From positions 6,722 through 70,721 of the forward strand of contig CAZQZR010000001.1 of NCBI GenBank assembly GCA_964597845.1: a DNA stretch of 64,000 bases. Reading direction: 5' to 3'. Positions within the stretch are counted from its first letter, which is position 1. Each line of letters begins with the position of its first letter. The notes under the pieces are model-generated. The model did not search any database. It was given only the letters and a program-made list of their open reading frames with translations, and was not told the origin of the DNA. The stretch comes from an uncultured bacterium. Lineage in GTDB: Bacteria > Hydrothermota > Tepidihabitantia > Tepidihabitantales > Tepidihabitantaceae. Shown here piece by piece: positions 18,987 to 27,772 of this stretch. Both the position numbers and the translations under genes were made by a program.

Positions 18987-19968
18987 ATGCCACCAGCTCT
19001 TGTGCTATTTCTTCCGCTACACCCGCGAGTTTCGCCGCGTGAAGCTGCCGCAGGTTGCGGACCTCGTTTCTCTGCAGCAGAAAATATGTTACCAGCGGTT
19101 CGTACCCGAACGTCGCATAGCGAGTCTGCCGCAGGTACCCGAGTTCCATTTCGCGACCATACCGCTCCATACGGGCAAACGAACGTTTGTCGACGACCGC
19201 GGCAGTCCCCTGTTCAAGGTACTCGAAAAAGACTTCGCTTCCGGCCCCGTGGGGCGGCGCTTTGGCAAACCGGTCCACGACTGCGTCCCAGGGTTCAGCG
19301 ATGGTCGCGGCGAAATCTGTCAATGCTAACCTGCCGCCGGGGAGATACGCAGCGCCCATATCCCTGCGCGGATCTCCCCCACCGCCTAACTGAGCCTTAA
19401 TCCTAACCAGTGTTCGGAGGTTCTCCAGGTCGGCGTGCAAGCCCAGATACTCGATCATGAATTCGCTTGGTTCAGCCGTCTGCAATTGTAGTTCCTGCAT
19501 CAGTCGGTCCACCACCACGTCAACGGCAGCCGAATCTCGCTCTTTTTCAAAACTGGCCGTAACCTCAGCCACGACGGCGTCGACGCGTGAGGCGAACTTC
19601 GGACTGGCAAGTTCATCCGGAATTGTGAATTCCGGTCCGTTGTGTGACAGGCTGTTCTTGAACGCTGTTTTCAATCCGAGAAAGGCGGCCGGCAGTCGGA
19701 ATAGGTCAAGCAACCAACGGTCCAGCGCGTACTGAGCGAGGAACGCGACGCTCTCAACCGTGGCTTTGTCGAGTGCCTGCGGAACGTCGGTCGTTCCGCC
19801 TTCGAGAAACCTGGAGTACGCCGTTTCGGCCAAGGACGCAACGAACTCTCGGACTCCCGGCGCCCTAATAAGCCGCTCGTACCGCGCCCGGTCGAACAGG
19901 GCCGTTTCGAGCGCGCGGACACGCCCGACCGCAAACCCGTACTCCGGGTTTTCGCTCAATCGCGCCAT
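18976..19968 (-). CDS. atpC: V/A-type ATP synthase subunit C (V0 d-type)
   Basis: 330 aa. N-terminus MARLSENPEYGFAVGRVRALETALFDRARYERLI is typical of A/V-type subunit C. Operon context. Confidence 0.8.
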   Translation of the reverse strand: MARLSENPEYGFAVGRVRALETALFDRARYERLIRAPGVREFVASLAETAYSRFLEGGTTDVPQALDKATVESVAFLAQYALDRWLLDLFRLPAAFLGLKTAFKNSLSHNGPEFTIPDELASPKFASRVDAVVAEVTASFEKERDSAAVDVVVDRLMQELQLQTAEPSEFMIEYLGLHADLENLRTLVRIKAQLGGGGDPRRDMGAAYLPGGRLALTDFAATIAEPWDAVVDRFAKAPPHGAGSEVFFEYLEQGTAAVVDKRSFARMERYGREMELGYLRQTRYATFGYEPLVTYFLLQRNEVRNLRQLHAAKLAGVAEEIAQELVAYVE

Positions 19969-20021
19969 TACGTAGTTAATATCTTTCTATGTTTGCCGGG
20001 CCGCGCCTCGGACCGAGGGTA

Positions 20022-20049
20022 ATGATAGTCGCGCAGTAGGGCGTGTCAA
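20022..20049 (-). promoter_or_regulatory. sigma-70-type promoter of the V-ATPase C-F-A-B operon
   Basis: Minus strand reads TTGACA (20049-20044), 16 nt, TATCAT (20027-20022); about 50 nt upstream of atpC ATG 19968. Confidence 0.55.
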
Positions 20050-20497
20050 TGTCCTACCTGATGATACCGCTCAGGATTGATACTGAGTTGACCGTTCTTT
20101 CCCTGCAGTCGTGAACCGCTCCTCAACATCTCTTCTCGCTGTGTGTCCTTGTCTTGAGTCCGAAAGACCAGTACTCCAGACGTACCACCCGTTGGCGCCT
20201 GCGCGGATATCATGTCTGTTTAACGCGCGCGTATCAACGGCCGAGAGAGAGGGTTTCCAATTAGTAACAAATAGTGTATGTTTACAAGAAGATGAACCGG
20301 TGTCACGGCAGAGACAATTCACTTTCATACTTTCCAACAATATCTGGTAGAGTAATATTGCTGTTGTTGTTGGGTTGTGAGTTTGTGTGGACTGAATGGA
20401 AAGCTGTTATGTACCGTCACTTCTGTTCGGCGGAGACGGGCGCTCGAAGTAGTCTAGTTGTGGACAGAAAGAAGGAACGTCGTTACCCACTGGTGGT
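20050..20497. other. candidate replication-origin region (AT-richer non-coding gap downstream of dnaA)
   Basis: About 450 bp with no convincing ORF. AT-rich stretches at 20260-20370 (AATTAGTAACAAATAGTGTATGTTTACAAG; CAACAATATCTGGTAGAGTAATATTGCTGTTGTTGTT). Degenerate DnaA boxes TGTGGACTG (20386-20394) and TGTGGACAG (20459-20467). Confidence 0.3.
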
Positions 20498-21883
20498 TCA
20501 ACGTGGTTCTCCCCCGCTTATTCCCCTCTTTAACTTCTCCAGACGTGCCGCAAAGGCCGGGTCCTTTTCTCGGAGTTCGTTCACCCTCTTGATGGCATGC
20601 ATCACGGTTGTGTGGTCTTTGTCGTCGAACAGTGAGCCGATTTCTTTCAGTGATAGACTAAGCGTTGTCCGGAGTACATACATCGCAACTTGTCGCGCCA
20701 GAGCAAGCTGCTTAGTTCGGCCGCCGTTGGTTATTTCATTGAGGGAAACCCCGAAGTGGTCGGCGCAGGCCTTAATGATCCGGTTGTGGTCAATCGGTTC
20801 ATCCTCTTTGACCAGGTCCTTGAGTGTCTCTTGAGCAAGTTGAATCGTAATGGGCCGACTGTCGAGCGAGGCAAGCGCAAGCAGCCTCACCCAGCTTCCT
20901 TCAAGCGCCCGTACGCTGGACCGGACCCGTGCGGCAATGAAGTACGCGACGTCATCGGGCAGGTCAGCGCGGTCCTGGACCGCTTTCTGCTTCAGAATGG
21001 CAATCCGGGTTTCAAGTTCAGGAGGCTGGATATCGACAACCAGGCCGGAACCAAGCCGGGAAGCCAGCCGGCTTTCCAGCGTGGGTATATCCTGTGGCGG
21101 GCGGTCACTGGTAAACACAACTTGGCTACCGGCATCGTGGAGCGAGTTGAAGATGTAAAACACCTCTTCCTGCAGGCGTTCCTTGCCGACCAGGTAGTGG
21201 ACGTCGTCGAGCATCAACAAGTCCAGCCCGCGGTACTTGTTCTTAAACTCAAGCCGGGTGTTTTTCTCGATTGCTTGAATCAGCTCGATGAACAAGTCAT
21301 CGGCGGCGGTGTAGTAAACCTTGAGGCTGGGTTTCACCGAGAGAGCCATGTTGCCGATGGCCTGCACCAGGTGGGTCTTGCCCAGGCCGACGCCACCGTA
21401 GATGAAAAGCGGGTTGTAGCTGGCCCCGGGGCGCTCTGCCACGCTGCGGGCGGCCGCCGCTGCGAACCGGTTTGACTCGCCGACTACGAAACTGTCAAAA
21501 GTGAGGTGGGCCTGGAGTCGGTACCCGTTCGGTCTCAAGACGGGACGGCGCACCGGAGAGCGTCGTATCACGAGGCCTGAGTCGCCAGCGTCGCGCGGCT
21601 GGAAGGACACGGCCATTTCCTGTCCAGAGACGCCGGTTAGCGCTGCCCGGACCTCGGCAGAGTACCGCTGGCTGATCCAGTCGGCGAAAAAGGAGTTGGG
21701 GACTTCTACCTCCAATGTGCCGTTCCTTACGGCGCGTCCCCTGGTTGGCGCAAGCCAAGTCTCGAAACCCTCTTGGCTTATGCGCGGTCGTACATAGTCG
21801 AGGATATCAGTCCACAGTTTTCCAGCATCAGGCACAGCATCATGCCCGATGCGCGATTGCACTTCGCTGTCAGCCACACCCAT
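20498..21883 (-). CDS. dnaA: chromosomal replication initiator protein DnaA
   Basis: ORF 20498..21979 trimmed to ATG 21883 (MGVADSEV...). Walker A GGVGLGKTHL. C-terminal DnaA-box-binding domain ARQVAMYVLR...KDHTTVMHAIKRV. Confidence 0.9.
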   Translation of the reverse strand: MGVADSEVQSRIGHDAVPDAGKLWTDILDYVRPRISQEGFETWLAPTRGRAVRNGTLEVEVPNSFFADWISQRYSAEVRAALTGVSGQEMAVSFQPRDAGDSGLVIRRSPVRRPVLRPNGYRLQAHLTFDSFVVGESNRFAAAAARSVAERPGASYNPLFIYGGVGLGKTHLVQAIGNMALSVKPSLKVYYTAADDLFIELIQAIEKNTRLEFKNKYRGLDLLMLDDVHYLVGKERLQEEVFYIFNSLHDAGSQVVFTSDRPPQDIPTLESRLASRLGSGLVVDIQPPELETRIAILKQKAVQDRADLPDDVAYFIAARVRSSVRALEGSWVRLLALASLDSRPITIQLAQETLKDLVKEDEPIDHNRIIKACADHFGVSLNEITNGGRTKQLALARQVAMYVLRTTLSLSLKEIGSLFDDKDHTTVMHAIKRVNELREKDPAFAARLEKLKRGISGGEPR

Positions 21884-21957
21884 CTGCAGCCCCTTTCGGA
21901 TGATAGCACAAATAAACTTAGGCGGCCCTACGAAAGGAAACCCACAAACCCAGCATG

Positions 21958-21978
21958 TTATCCACAGAGTTGTCCACA
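21958..21978 (+). promoter_or_regulatory. two DnaA boxes in the dnaA leader
   Basis: TTATCCACA (21958-21966, perfect consensus) and TTGTCCACA (21970-21978, 8 of 9), separated by 3 nt. Confidence 0.7.
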
Positions 21979-22075
21979 TCGTCGCTCAGCATGTTGCTGA
22001 GGCGAAAAGCAAAACGCCCGCGGCGTAGGTCTGTTCAACGAACCGGATTGTAGGGGTCGCTAGTTGCCTAAGGGC

Positions 22076-22103
22076 ATACTAAGTCAGCAAAGCCGGATGT
22101 CAA
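22076..22103 (-). promoter_or_regulatory. sigma-70-type promoter of dnaA
   Basis: Minus strand reads TTGACA (22103-22098), 16 nt, TAGTAT (22081-22076); the DnaA boxes lie in the resulting leader. Confidence 0.5.
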
Positions 22104-22187
22104 GCTCGACGTGGGGCCGGGGTCGAAATTTCAACAAAGTGGCGGGGAGACGCAGCGAGGGGCTCGCCCAGTGAGCCTGCAGTTCCG

Positions 22188-24551
22188 CTAACGCGTCAGA
22201 ATTCCTGCGCCGCCGGCGGCAGCGACTTGACCCAGCGCGACGCCTCCGTCGTTGAGCGGTACCAGGTGGTTCCAGTAGACTCGGCGGCCGGGATGGCGAA
22301 GTCTGGAGGAAACGCAATGGCGAAGCAGGGAATTCTGAAAGGAGCCGCCGGAAAGGCACACCGTCTTAACGTGGTGCCATTGGCAGAGAACTTCGGCAAG
22401 ACGAACGGCTGCCAAGGCAATTGTGTTGTGGAACTTGGCCGAAATAGTGGCGGGACTAACGCCGGCGGATGTTTCACGTGAAACGTCAACAAGCAACGGC
22501 TCGGGTCGAATGAGAGAGGGGGAGACCGACACATCCAACACGTCAGGCGTAAACCAATGGCCAACCTCTTTCCGGTCTGCGATAGCCTCCAAGGCTGTTG
22601 GCGCCTGTCCATCGAAGGACGCGGACGAGGCTACACCGACGGTGGCGGCAACGGCGTCGAAGAGGCGACCGAGAGAGGAGGTGCGCAGACCGGTTGGGTT
22701 CGGCCGACGGTCATGCAGTCGCCCACGCATGGGACTCACAGCGCCGCTCACCTGCCGCATGTATGCGCGAGCCACCCGGGACGGATCGGCCACTTCGTCG
22801 CCGGCCCCGGCGAATCGTAGATAGCCCAAGTGCCCGACTCTGGCCCAGTTAAGGTCTTCCTGCACCAGAAGAAACTCGCAACCCCACACAGCACCGTCAG
22901 TTCCGTACCCGTTCCCGTCGAAGGCGAGACCCAGCACCGGCCCGGCCAGGCCATGCTCCGCCATCACCGACAGTATGTGCGCGTAGTGGTGCTGGATCCT
23001 GACCAGCGGTAACCCCAGCTTGCGGCCCAAGCTCTCGGCAAGGCGGGTTGACGCGTAGTCCGGGTGCGAGTCACACGCAATGACCTCAGGCTGTATACCG
23101 GTCCACTTTGTATAGCGCGCGAACGTATCAAGCCAGAATCTCTCGCCTTGGCCGGTGGCGACCGTACCGATGTGCGGACTCATGAACGCCCGGGTTCCTT
23201 TCGCCAAAGCGAAAGCGTTCTTGAACTCGGCACCGACTGCGAGGACGGCATGTTTCACGTGAAACATCTCGGCAAGCGCAAGTGGCTGGGGCGCGAAGCC
23301 GCGGGCCCGGCGGACTAGGCTAAGCCATGGACTGGCGCTACCTGATGAATCTCGGGCCCCGGCGCGGCCCGGCGAGCAATTGGAGCCCTTGCCGTCGTCG
23401 TCGACGAGGACGACGGAGTCGTCGCAGCGGTTGGCAATCGGTCGGTTGTGGGTCAGAATCAGGTCGGGCACACCGCCCACTTCCTTTGCCAAATCCGCAT
23501 CGTCTGCGGTGATGGGGTTGTCTTTGCGGTTGGCGCTTGTCATCACAAGGACCGCCGGCTTCCCGGTGAGTCGTCGCAGGTGGTCGAAGAGGAGGGCGTG
23601 CAGTGGGGTGTAGCAGAGCATGACGCCCAGGCGGGAGTTGCCCGGTGCTACCGAATCGGCGAGATGGAGCGCGGGCGCCGGCCTTCTTGGTAGTAGGACA
23701 ATCGGGGCGGCGGGGGAGAGCAGTGTCCTGCGGGCGCGAGCGCTGACGCGGGCGATTAGGCGGGCGACCGCCGGAGTCTGGCACATGAGCGCGAGGGGTT
23801 TGTCCGGTCGGTTCTTGCGTTTTCGCAGGCGTGCGACGGCACGGTCGTTGGTGGCGTCGCAGGCGAGATGGAAGCCGCCGAGGCTCTTGATTGCGAGTAT
23901 CCGGCCGTGGAGTAGTGCCCGCGCCGCGTCTTCGATGGGAGTTGTTGTTGGCCTGGGGTTGGCACGCGGGCCGAGGAGTTGCAGTCTTGGTCCGCAGTGC
24001 TGGCAGGCGATTGGCTGCGCGTGGTAGCGCCGGTCCGAGGGGTCGGTGTATTCGCGCCGGCACTGGGGGCACATGTGGAAGCGTGCCATGGTTGTGCGCG
24101 GCCGGTCGTATGGGAGCGCCTGGATAATGGTGTAGCGGGGGCCGCACTGGGTACAGTTGGTGAATGCGTAGCCGTGTCGCCGGTCGTGCGGGTCGGATAT
24201 TTCTCTGCGGCAGTCCGGGCAGGTGGCAAGGTCGGGGAGGACGTGGATTGGCGAGTTGCGAGTCACGAGTTGCGAGTTGCGAGTTGGTTTGATGGTGAAG
24301 GTCGCGTAGCGGCGCGTCCGCACGCGCGCGACACGGTATGAGGAGTAGGCCGCGAGCGGCGGGGGGTCGGCTTTCAGCCGATCCAGGAGTCGCCGCGCTT
24401 GTCCGCCCTGCGCGATGATGATGACGCCCCGGGTGGAGTTGGCGACGTACCCGCGGACGCGTAGGGAGTTAGCCAGGCGGTAGACGTAGGGCCGAAATCC
24501 GAGGCCCTGGACCTGGCCCCGGACGAGAGCCTTAAGAGCCGGGACGGTCAC
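22188..24551 (-). CDS. hypF: [NiFe]-hydrogenase maturation carbamoyltransferase HypF
   Basis: Acylphosphatase domain VRGQVQGLGFRPYVYRLA, two zinc-finger pairs (CPDCRREI..CTQCGPRY; CPQCRREY..CQHCGPR), then YrdC-like and Kae1-like domains. Confidence 0.9.
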   Translation of the reverse strand: MTVPALKALVRGQVQGLGFRPYVYRLANSLRVRGYVANSTRGVIIIAQGGQARRLLDRLKADPPPLAAYSSYRVARVRTRRYATFTIKPTRNSQLVTRNSPIHVLPDLATCPDCRREISDPHDRRHGYAFTNCTQCGPRYTIIQALPYDRPRTTMARFHMCPQCRREYTDPSDRRYHAQPIACQHCGPRLQLLGPRANPRPTTTPIEDAARALLHGRILAIKSLGGFHLACDATNDRAVARLRKRKNRPDKPLALMCQTPAVARLIARVSARARRTLLSPAAPIVLLPRRPAPALHLADSVAPGNSRLGVMLCYTPLHALLFDHLRRLTGKPAVLVMTSANRKDNPITADDADLAKEVGGVPDLILTHNRPIANRCDDSVVLVDDDGKGSNCSPGRAGARDSSGSASPWLSLVRRARGFAPQPLALAEMFHVKHAVLAVGAEFKNAFALAKGTRAFMSPHIGTVATGQGERFWLDTFARYTKWTGIQPEVIACDSHPDYASTRLAESLGRKLGLPLVRIQHHYAHILSVMAEHGLAGPVLGLAFDGNGYGTDGAVWGCEFLLVQEDLNWARVGHLGYLRFAGAGDEVADPSRVARAYMRQVSGAVSPMRGRLHDRRPNPTGLRTSSLGRLFDAVAATVGVASSASFDGQAPTALEAIADRKEVGHWFTPDVLDVSVSPSLIRPEPLLVDVSRETSAGVSPATISAKFHNTIALAAVRLAEVLCQWHHVKTVCLSGGSFQNSLLRHCVSSRLRHPGRRVYWNHLVPLNDGGVALGQVAAAGGAGILTR
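24251..24287. repeat. octamer array GAGTTGCG inside hypF
   Basis: GCGAGTTGCGAGTCACGAGTTGCGAGTTGCGAGTTGG encodes TRNSQLVTRNS between the acylphosphatase and zinc-finger domains. Near-identical to 35830-35853. Confidence 0.85.
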
Positions 24552-24605
24552 GAGGCCGCGCTTCGCGTTCTAAGTGCTTGGCAGTGCGATGGTTATCGCC
24601 GGTCT

Positions 24606-25796
24606 CTATTGTTCTTCTTTCGCTGATTGCTCGCTCGCTGGCTTGGGGGCGAGGTCCTTCAGTTCTTCGTTCGGTACCGGCTCGAGGAGGTCTTCGTCGT
24701 CCTCCGGCAGCTCGAGGACGTTCTTGTCGTCTTTCTTGTAGGCGAGCACCGCGAAGTTGAGGGTCATGCCCGAGAACCAGACCGCAAGTCCGTACCCAAC
24801 CACCATCAGCGCTACGAGGTAAAGCAGGACACCGAGCAGCATGGCGGCGACGTCTACGCTCCAGCCCAGGGGCAGGTAGTCACCCGGCAGGTAGACCTGC
24901 GGCAGGCCGTAGGCGTGCATTTCGGCGATGAAGGTCTGCTGGAGGATCTGGGGGCACCAGTCCGGGGCCGACAGCTTGAAGTAGTACGCCGCATTGCTCA
25001 TGACGTCGGCCAGCTTGCCGCCCATGAACGTGCCGGTGATCGCGTAGCCGATTCTGCCTGCGGCGCTCGCGGCCAGTCCGAGGAGAAAAGACCCGACCTT
25101 GGCGAGGAATGCGACGATTGCGGTATACCAGAGGAGCCGGGCGGGTTGCTCGTTCACGCAGGAGAAGACCTCGAAGAGCGTGTCGAACGTGTCGGAGCGG
25201 GTTGCGCCGACCACAGAGGGCCCGATGAGTATCGAGTACGCGAGGACGATCAGTAGGTAGACGATGAAGAGCGAGGCGATGAAGCCGACCACCGCCAGCA
25301 GGCCGACAATAATTTCTCCGGCCAGGGGTATCGCGCCCAGCAGGCTGAGGATGAGCCCACCTACCACTATCAGCGCGATGAAGGCGAGGATCAGGAGCGG
25401 GCTGGCGAGTACCGCGGAGCTGTTCTTGAAGGCAAAGCGAAACGCCTCCTTCGACTCGTAGAACTCGTCGCCCCGGAGCTGCTCGTACGCGACCTTGGAG
25501 ACCGCCGTGCCGGTTATCATGAGGACGCACAGGACCCACGCGACACCGGCGGCAAAGATGAGCCACGAGTACCATGGGAACGCGTAGTCGAGCGGTGACG
25601 GGAACGGTAGCAGGCGGAATGTCTGCCAGACGGTCAGTACGTCGGTGCCGGCGACGGCGTAGGCGACGTAGGTGAGGATCGAGTAGCCGGCAAACCCGAA
25701 GAGCAGGCCGAGGGACATCATCCAGACTTTCTTTGCCGAGAAACCGAGCCGCAGGGCGCGGAACACATCCCGGTAGTTCCAGTGAAGTTTCGTCAT
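24606..25796 (-). CDS. polytopic integral membrane protein, function unknown
   Basis: 396 aa with about 8 hydrophobic segments and an acidic C-terminal tail. AAGGAG upstream of ATG 25796. Confidence 0.6.
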   Translation of the reverse strand: MTKLHWNYRDVFRALRLGFSAKKVWMMSLGLLFGFAGYSILTYVAYAVAGTDVLTVWQTFRLLPFPSPLDYAFPWYSWLIFAAGVAWVLCVLMITGTAVSKVAYEQLRGDEFYESKEAFRFAFKNSSAVLASPLLILAFIALIVVGGLILSLLGAIPLAGEIIVGLLAVVGFIASLFIVYLLIVLAYSILIGPSVVGATRSDTFDTLFEVFSCVNEQPARLLWYTAIVAFLAKVGSFLLGLAASAAGRIGYAITGTFMGGKLADVMSNAAYYFKLSAPDWCPQILQQTFIAEMHAYGLPQVYLPGDYLPLGWSVDVAAMLLGVLLYLVALMVVGYGLAVWFSGMTLNFAVLAYKKDDKNVLELPEDDEDLLEPVPNEELKDLAPKPASEQSAKEEQ

Positions 25797-25830
25797 CTGT
25801 AACTCCTTTTTACGTCAACGCAGTCCGGCC

Positions 25831-25956
25831 TTACTTTAGTAGCTTCATGTAAACCGCGAAAATCAGAAAGAGCAGCGCGACCGTGCCCCAAAGCACCCAG
25901 CGCAGGGGCAGGCGGTATCGCCTTTCCGGGAAGAAACGGCGCTTGAATTGAATCAC
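25831..25956 (-). CDS. possible small single-pass membrane protein (41 aa)
   Basis: Hand-found ORF (GTG start): IQFKRRFFPERRYRLPLRWVLWGTVALLFLIFAVYMKLLK. Basic N-terminus plus one TM. Lies 34 nt upstream of the membrane protein gene. No clear SD. Confidence 0.3.
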   Translation of the reverse strand: MIQFKRRFFPERRYRLPLRWVLWGTVALLFLIFAVYMKLLK

Positions 25957-26081
25957 GGATAGAACTCAACACGCGTTCGGCCGCATAGAGACCGGACGAA
26001 GGAATGCCGATGGTGCTCCTGCACACAGTTATGCTATTCGTCACGGCTCCTTTGTCAAGACGAATAGGGATTGGGTGCGGA

Positions 26082-27080
26082 TCACGCGGGTTTGTCGCCA
26101 AGGATTTCGTCGAGCTGCTGACGGAGAATATTCCCGCCCGAAACCAGACAGACTGACAGGCCGCGCTCGTCCAGCGGCGTATCCATAGCCGCAGCCAAGG
26201 CCAGAGCGCCCGCGCCTTCTGACACAACCCGGCTTTCCATTGCCAGGACGCGGACCGCCGCGCGCACCTGCGCCTCGGACACCACCGAAACACCGTCCAC
26301 GGTCTCCCGGAGCAGGGGATACAGTTGGTCGGTGGTGAAGGGAACCGCCACGCCGTCGCAGATGGTTGGTTTCGGCTCGACCCAGACCGGCCGGCCGTGA
26401 CGAAAGCTCTGTGCTAGCGACGGGTACGACTCGGTCTGAACCCCGACAATCCTGGTTCCCGCGTTGAACTTCTTGATCGCGCAGCCTACCCCGCAGGCCA
26501 GCGCCCCGCCGCCGACCGGCACGAAGACGGTCTCGACATCGGGCAGGTCTTCGATGATTTCGAGACCAATGGTTGCGTGGCCGGCAATCATCGCGGGATC
26601 GGTCCACGGGTGGAGAAAGGCATAAGGCTCGTCTCGCCACCCGGTGTCGAAGATGTATTCAACCAGTTGCTCGAAGGGAACCAGGAGGATTTCGACGCCG
26701 CGTTCGCGCAGGGCGGCGACCTTGTTCTCGGGCGCGTAGTCGGGCAGGATGCTGCGGCAGGTCGTGCCGAAGGCCCGGGCAGCGTGTGCCAGCGCCAGCG
26801 CGGTATTGCCCGCGCTGAACGTGGAGAACCCGTGCCCGACTTCGTCCGGCGATAGACGGGCGGCCCAGTTGTACACTCCGCGAATCTTGAACGAGCCGGT
26901 CGGCTGTCCGACCTCGGATTTCAGCAAGATTCGGCTGCCCGGCGGGCCGAACGGCACCAGCGGTGTGCGGTTCACGACGCCCTTGAGCCGCTCCTTAGCT
27001 TCGCGAACAGCGTCAATGGTCGGGGCGACTACCGGCGGGTCGCCCCAGCCGGTCGGCCGCCGGCCCAATACGTGGTCCAT
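26082..27080 (-). CDS. fold-type-II PLP enzyme, threonine/serine dehydratase-like
   Basis: ORF 26082..27626 trimmed to ATG 27080 (MDHVLGRR...). PLP-lysine motif GSFKIRGVYN and glycine loop VPVGGGALACG. The 180-aa N-terminal extension in the track has no recognisable similarity. Confidence 0.7.
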   Translation of the reverse strand: MDHVLGRRPTGWGDPPVVAPTIDAVREAKERLKGVVNRTPLVPFGPPGSRILLKSEVGQPTGSFKIRGVYNWAARLSPDEVGHGFSTFSAGNTALALAHAARAFGTTCRSILPDYAPENKVAALRERGVEILLVPFEQLVEYIFDTGWRDEPYAFLHPWTDPAMIAGHATIGLEIIEDLPDVETVFVPVGGGALACGVGCAIKKFNAGTRIVGVQTESYPSLAQSFRHGRPVWVEPKPTICDGVAVPFTTDQLYPLLRETVDGVSVVSEAQVRAAVRVLAMESRVVSEGAGALALAAAMDTPLDERGLSVCLVSGGNILRQQLDEILGDKPA

Positions 27081-27772
27081 ACCGCCCAGATGATAGGCTC
27101 CCGGCTCGGTCTTGTCCAGACCGAGCGGGCCGGACCGGATGCGAAAAGAGTTGCTCGACCCGAAGCGCCTTGGCCGCCGCGAGTCCTGCTCGCTTTCCGA
27201 AGTACCACGGGCCCCGCCGGCGGGTATCTTCTTGCGCCTCGGGCCGCAGCCGTTATACTTGCTCTGCATCAGGAGCGGCCGGCGGTCCTTGTCGGGTTGC
27301 CGGTACGGCAACCGACTTAGAAGGTGCTGCGGTGCCCGGGCCGTCGCCGTAGAGACCGAGGCTCGAACGCCGGACGTCGCACTTTGCCTGGCCCAAGTGC
27401 GGTCAGTTGGGCAGAAGGACCCCAGCCGGCAGGTCGCCTGATACGCAGGGCGGCGTTTTGTTGGCGCCCGAGGAGTGACTTTGCACGTTACCGAGCTTAT
27501 CACCCAGCGGAAGCAACCGCTGGTTTCACTCGAAACCACACCGCCCGAGAGGTGGCGGTCGATTCCCGCGCTGTCCAGTTCGGTCGACCAGTTGCTCCAG
27601 TTCCAACCGACGTTCGTCACCGGCACCTGTCACCAGCATGCGGATTGTTTACGAGGATGCGGGTGTCCGGTTTCAAGGAGTTGATCTCGCAGCCGGGCGG
27701 AGGTGCCATGCAAGGGATGCGCTTGAAGGACTGAGAATAATGCAGGCCATTACGGGCCGGAAGAGGAGTAAG

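Noticed and set aside
26082-27626. The 514-aa version of the PLP dehydratase, and the long N-terminal extensions of ORFs 3546..4718, 20498..21979, 31763..33946, 35811..36431 and 51394..54141
   Set aside because: The extensions have no similarity and unusual composition. Internal starts give canonical N-termini (signal peptides, lipoboxes, homologue-like starts), often with an SD or promoter placed accordingly.
27475-27684. MTHFR (metF) pseudogene
   Set aside because: Only about 35 residues resemble the MetF N-terminus (VSLETTPP..FVTGT) and the resemblance could be chance. No further MetF segments are seen in any frame. It is kept only as a remark within the gap finding.
27081-27772. A cobalamin, SAM or THF riboswitch upstream of the MetH-activation-domain gene
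   Set aside because: I could not find the conserved cores (B12 box, SAM-I junction motifs) by eye. This remains unverified without an Rfam scan.
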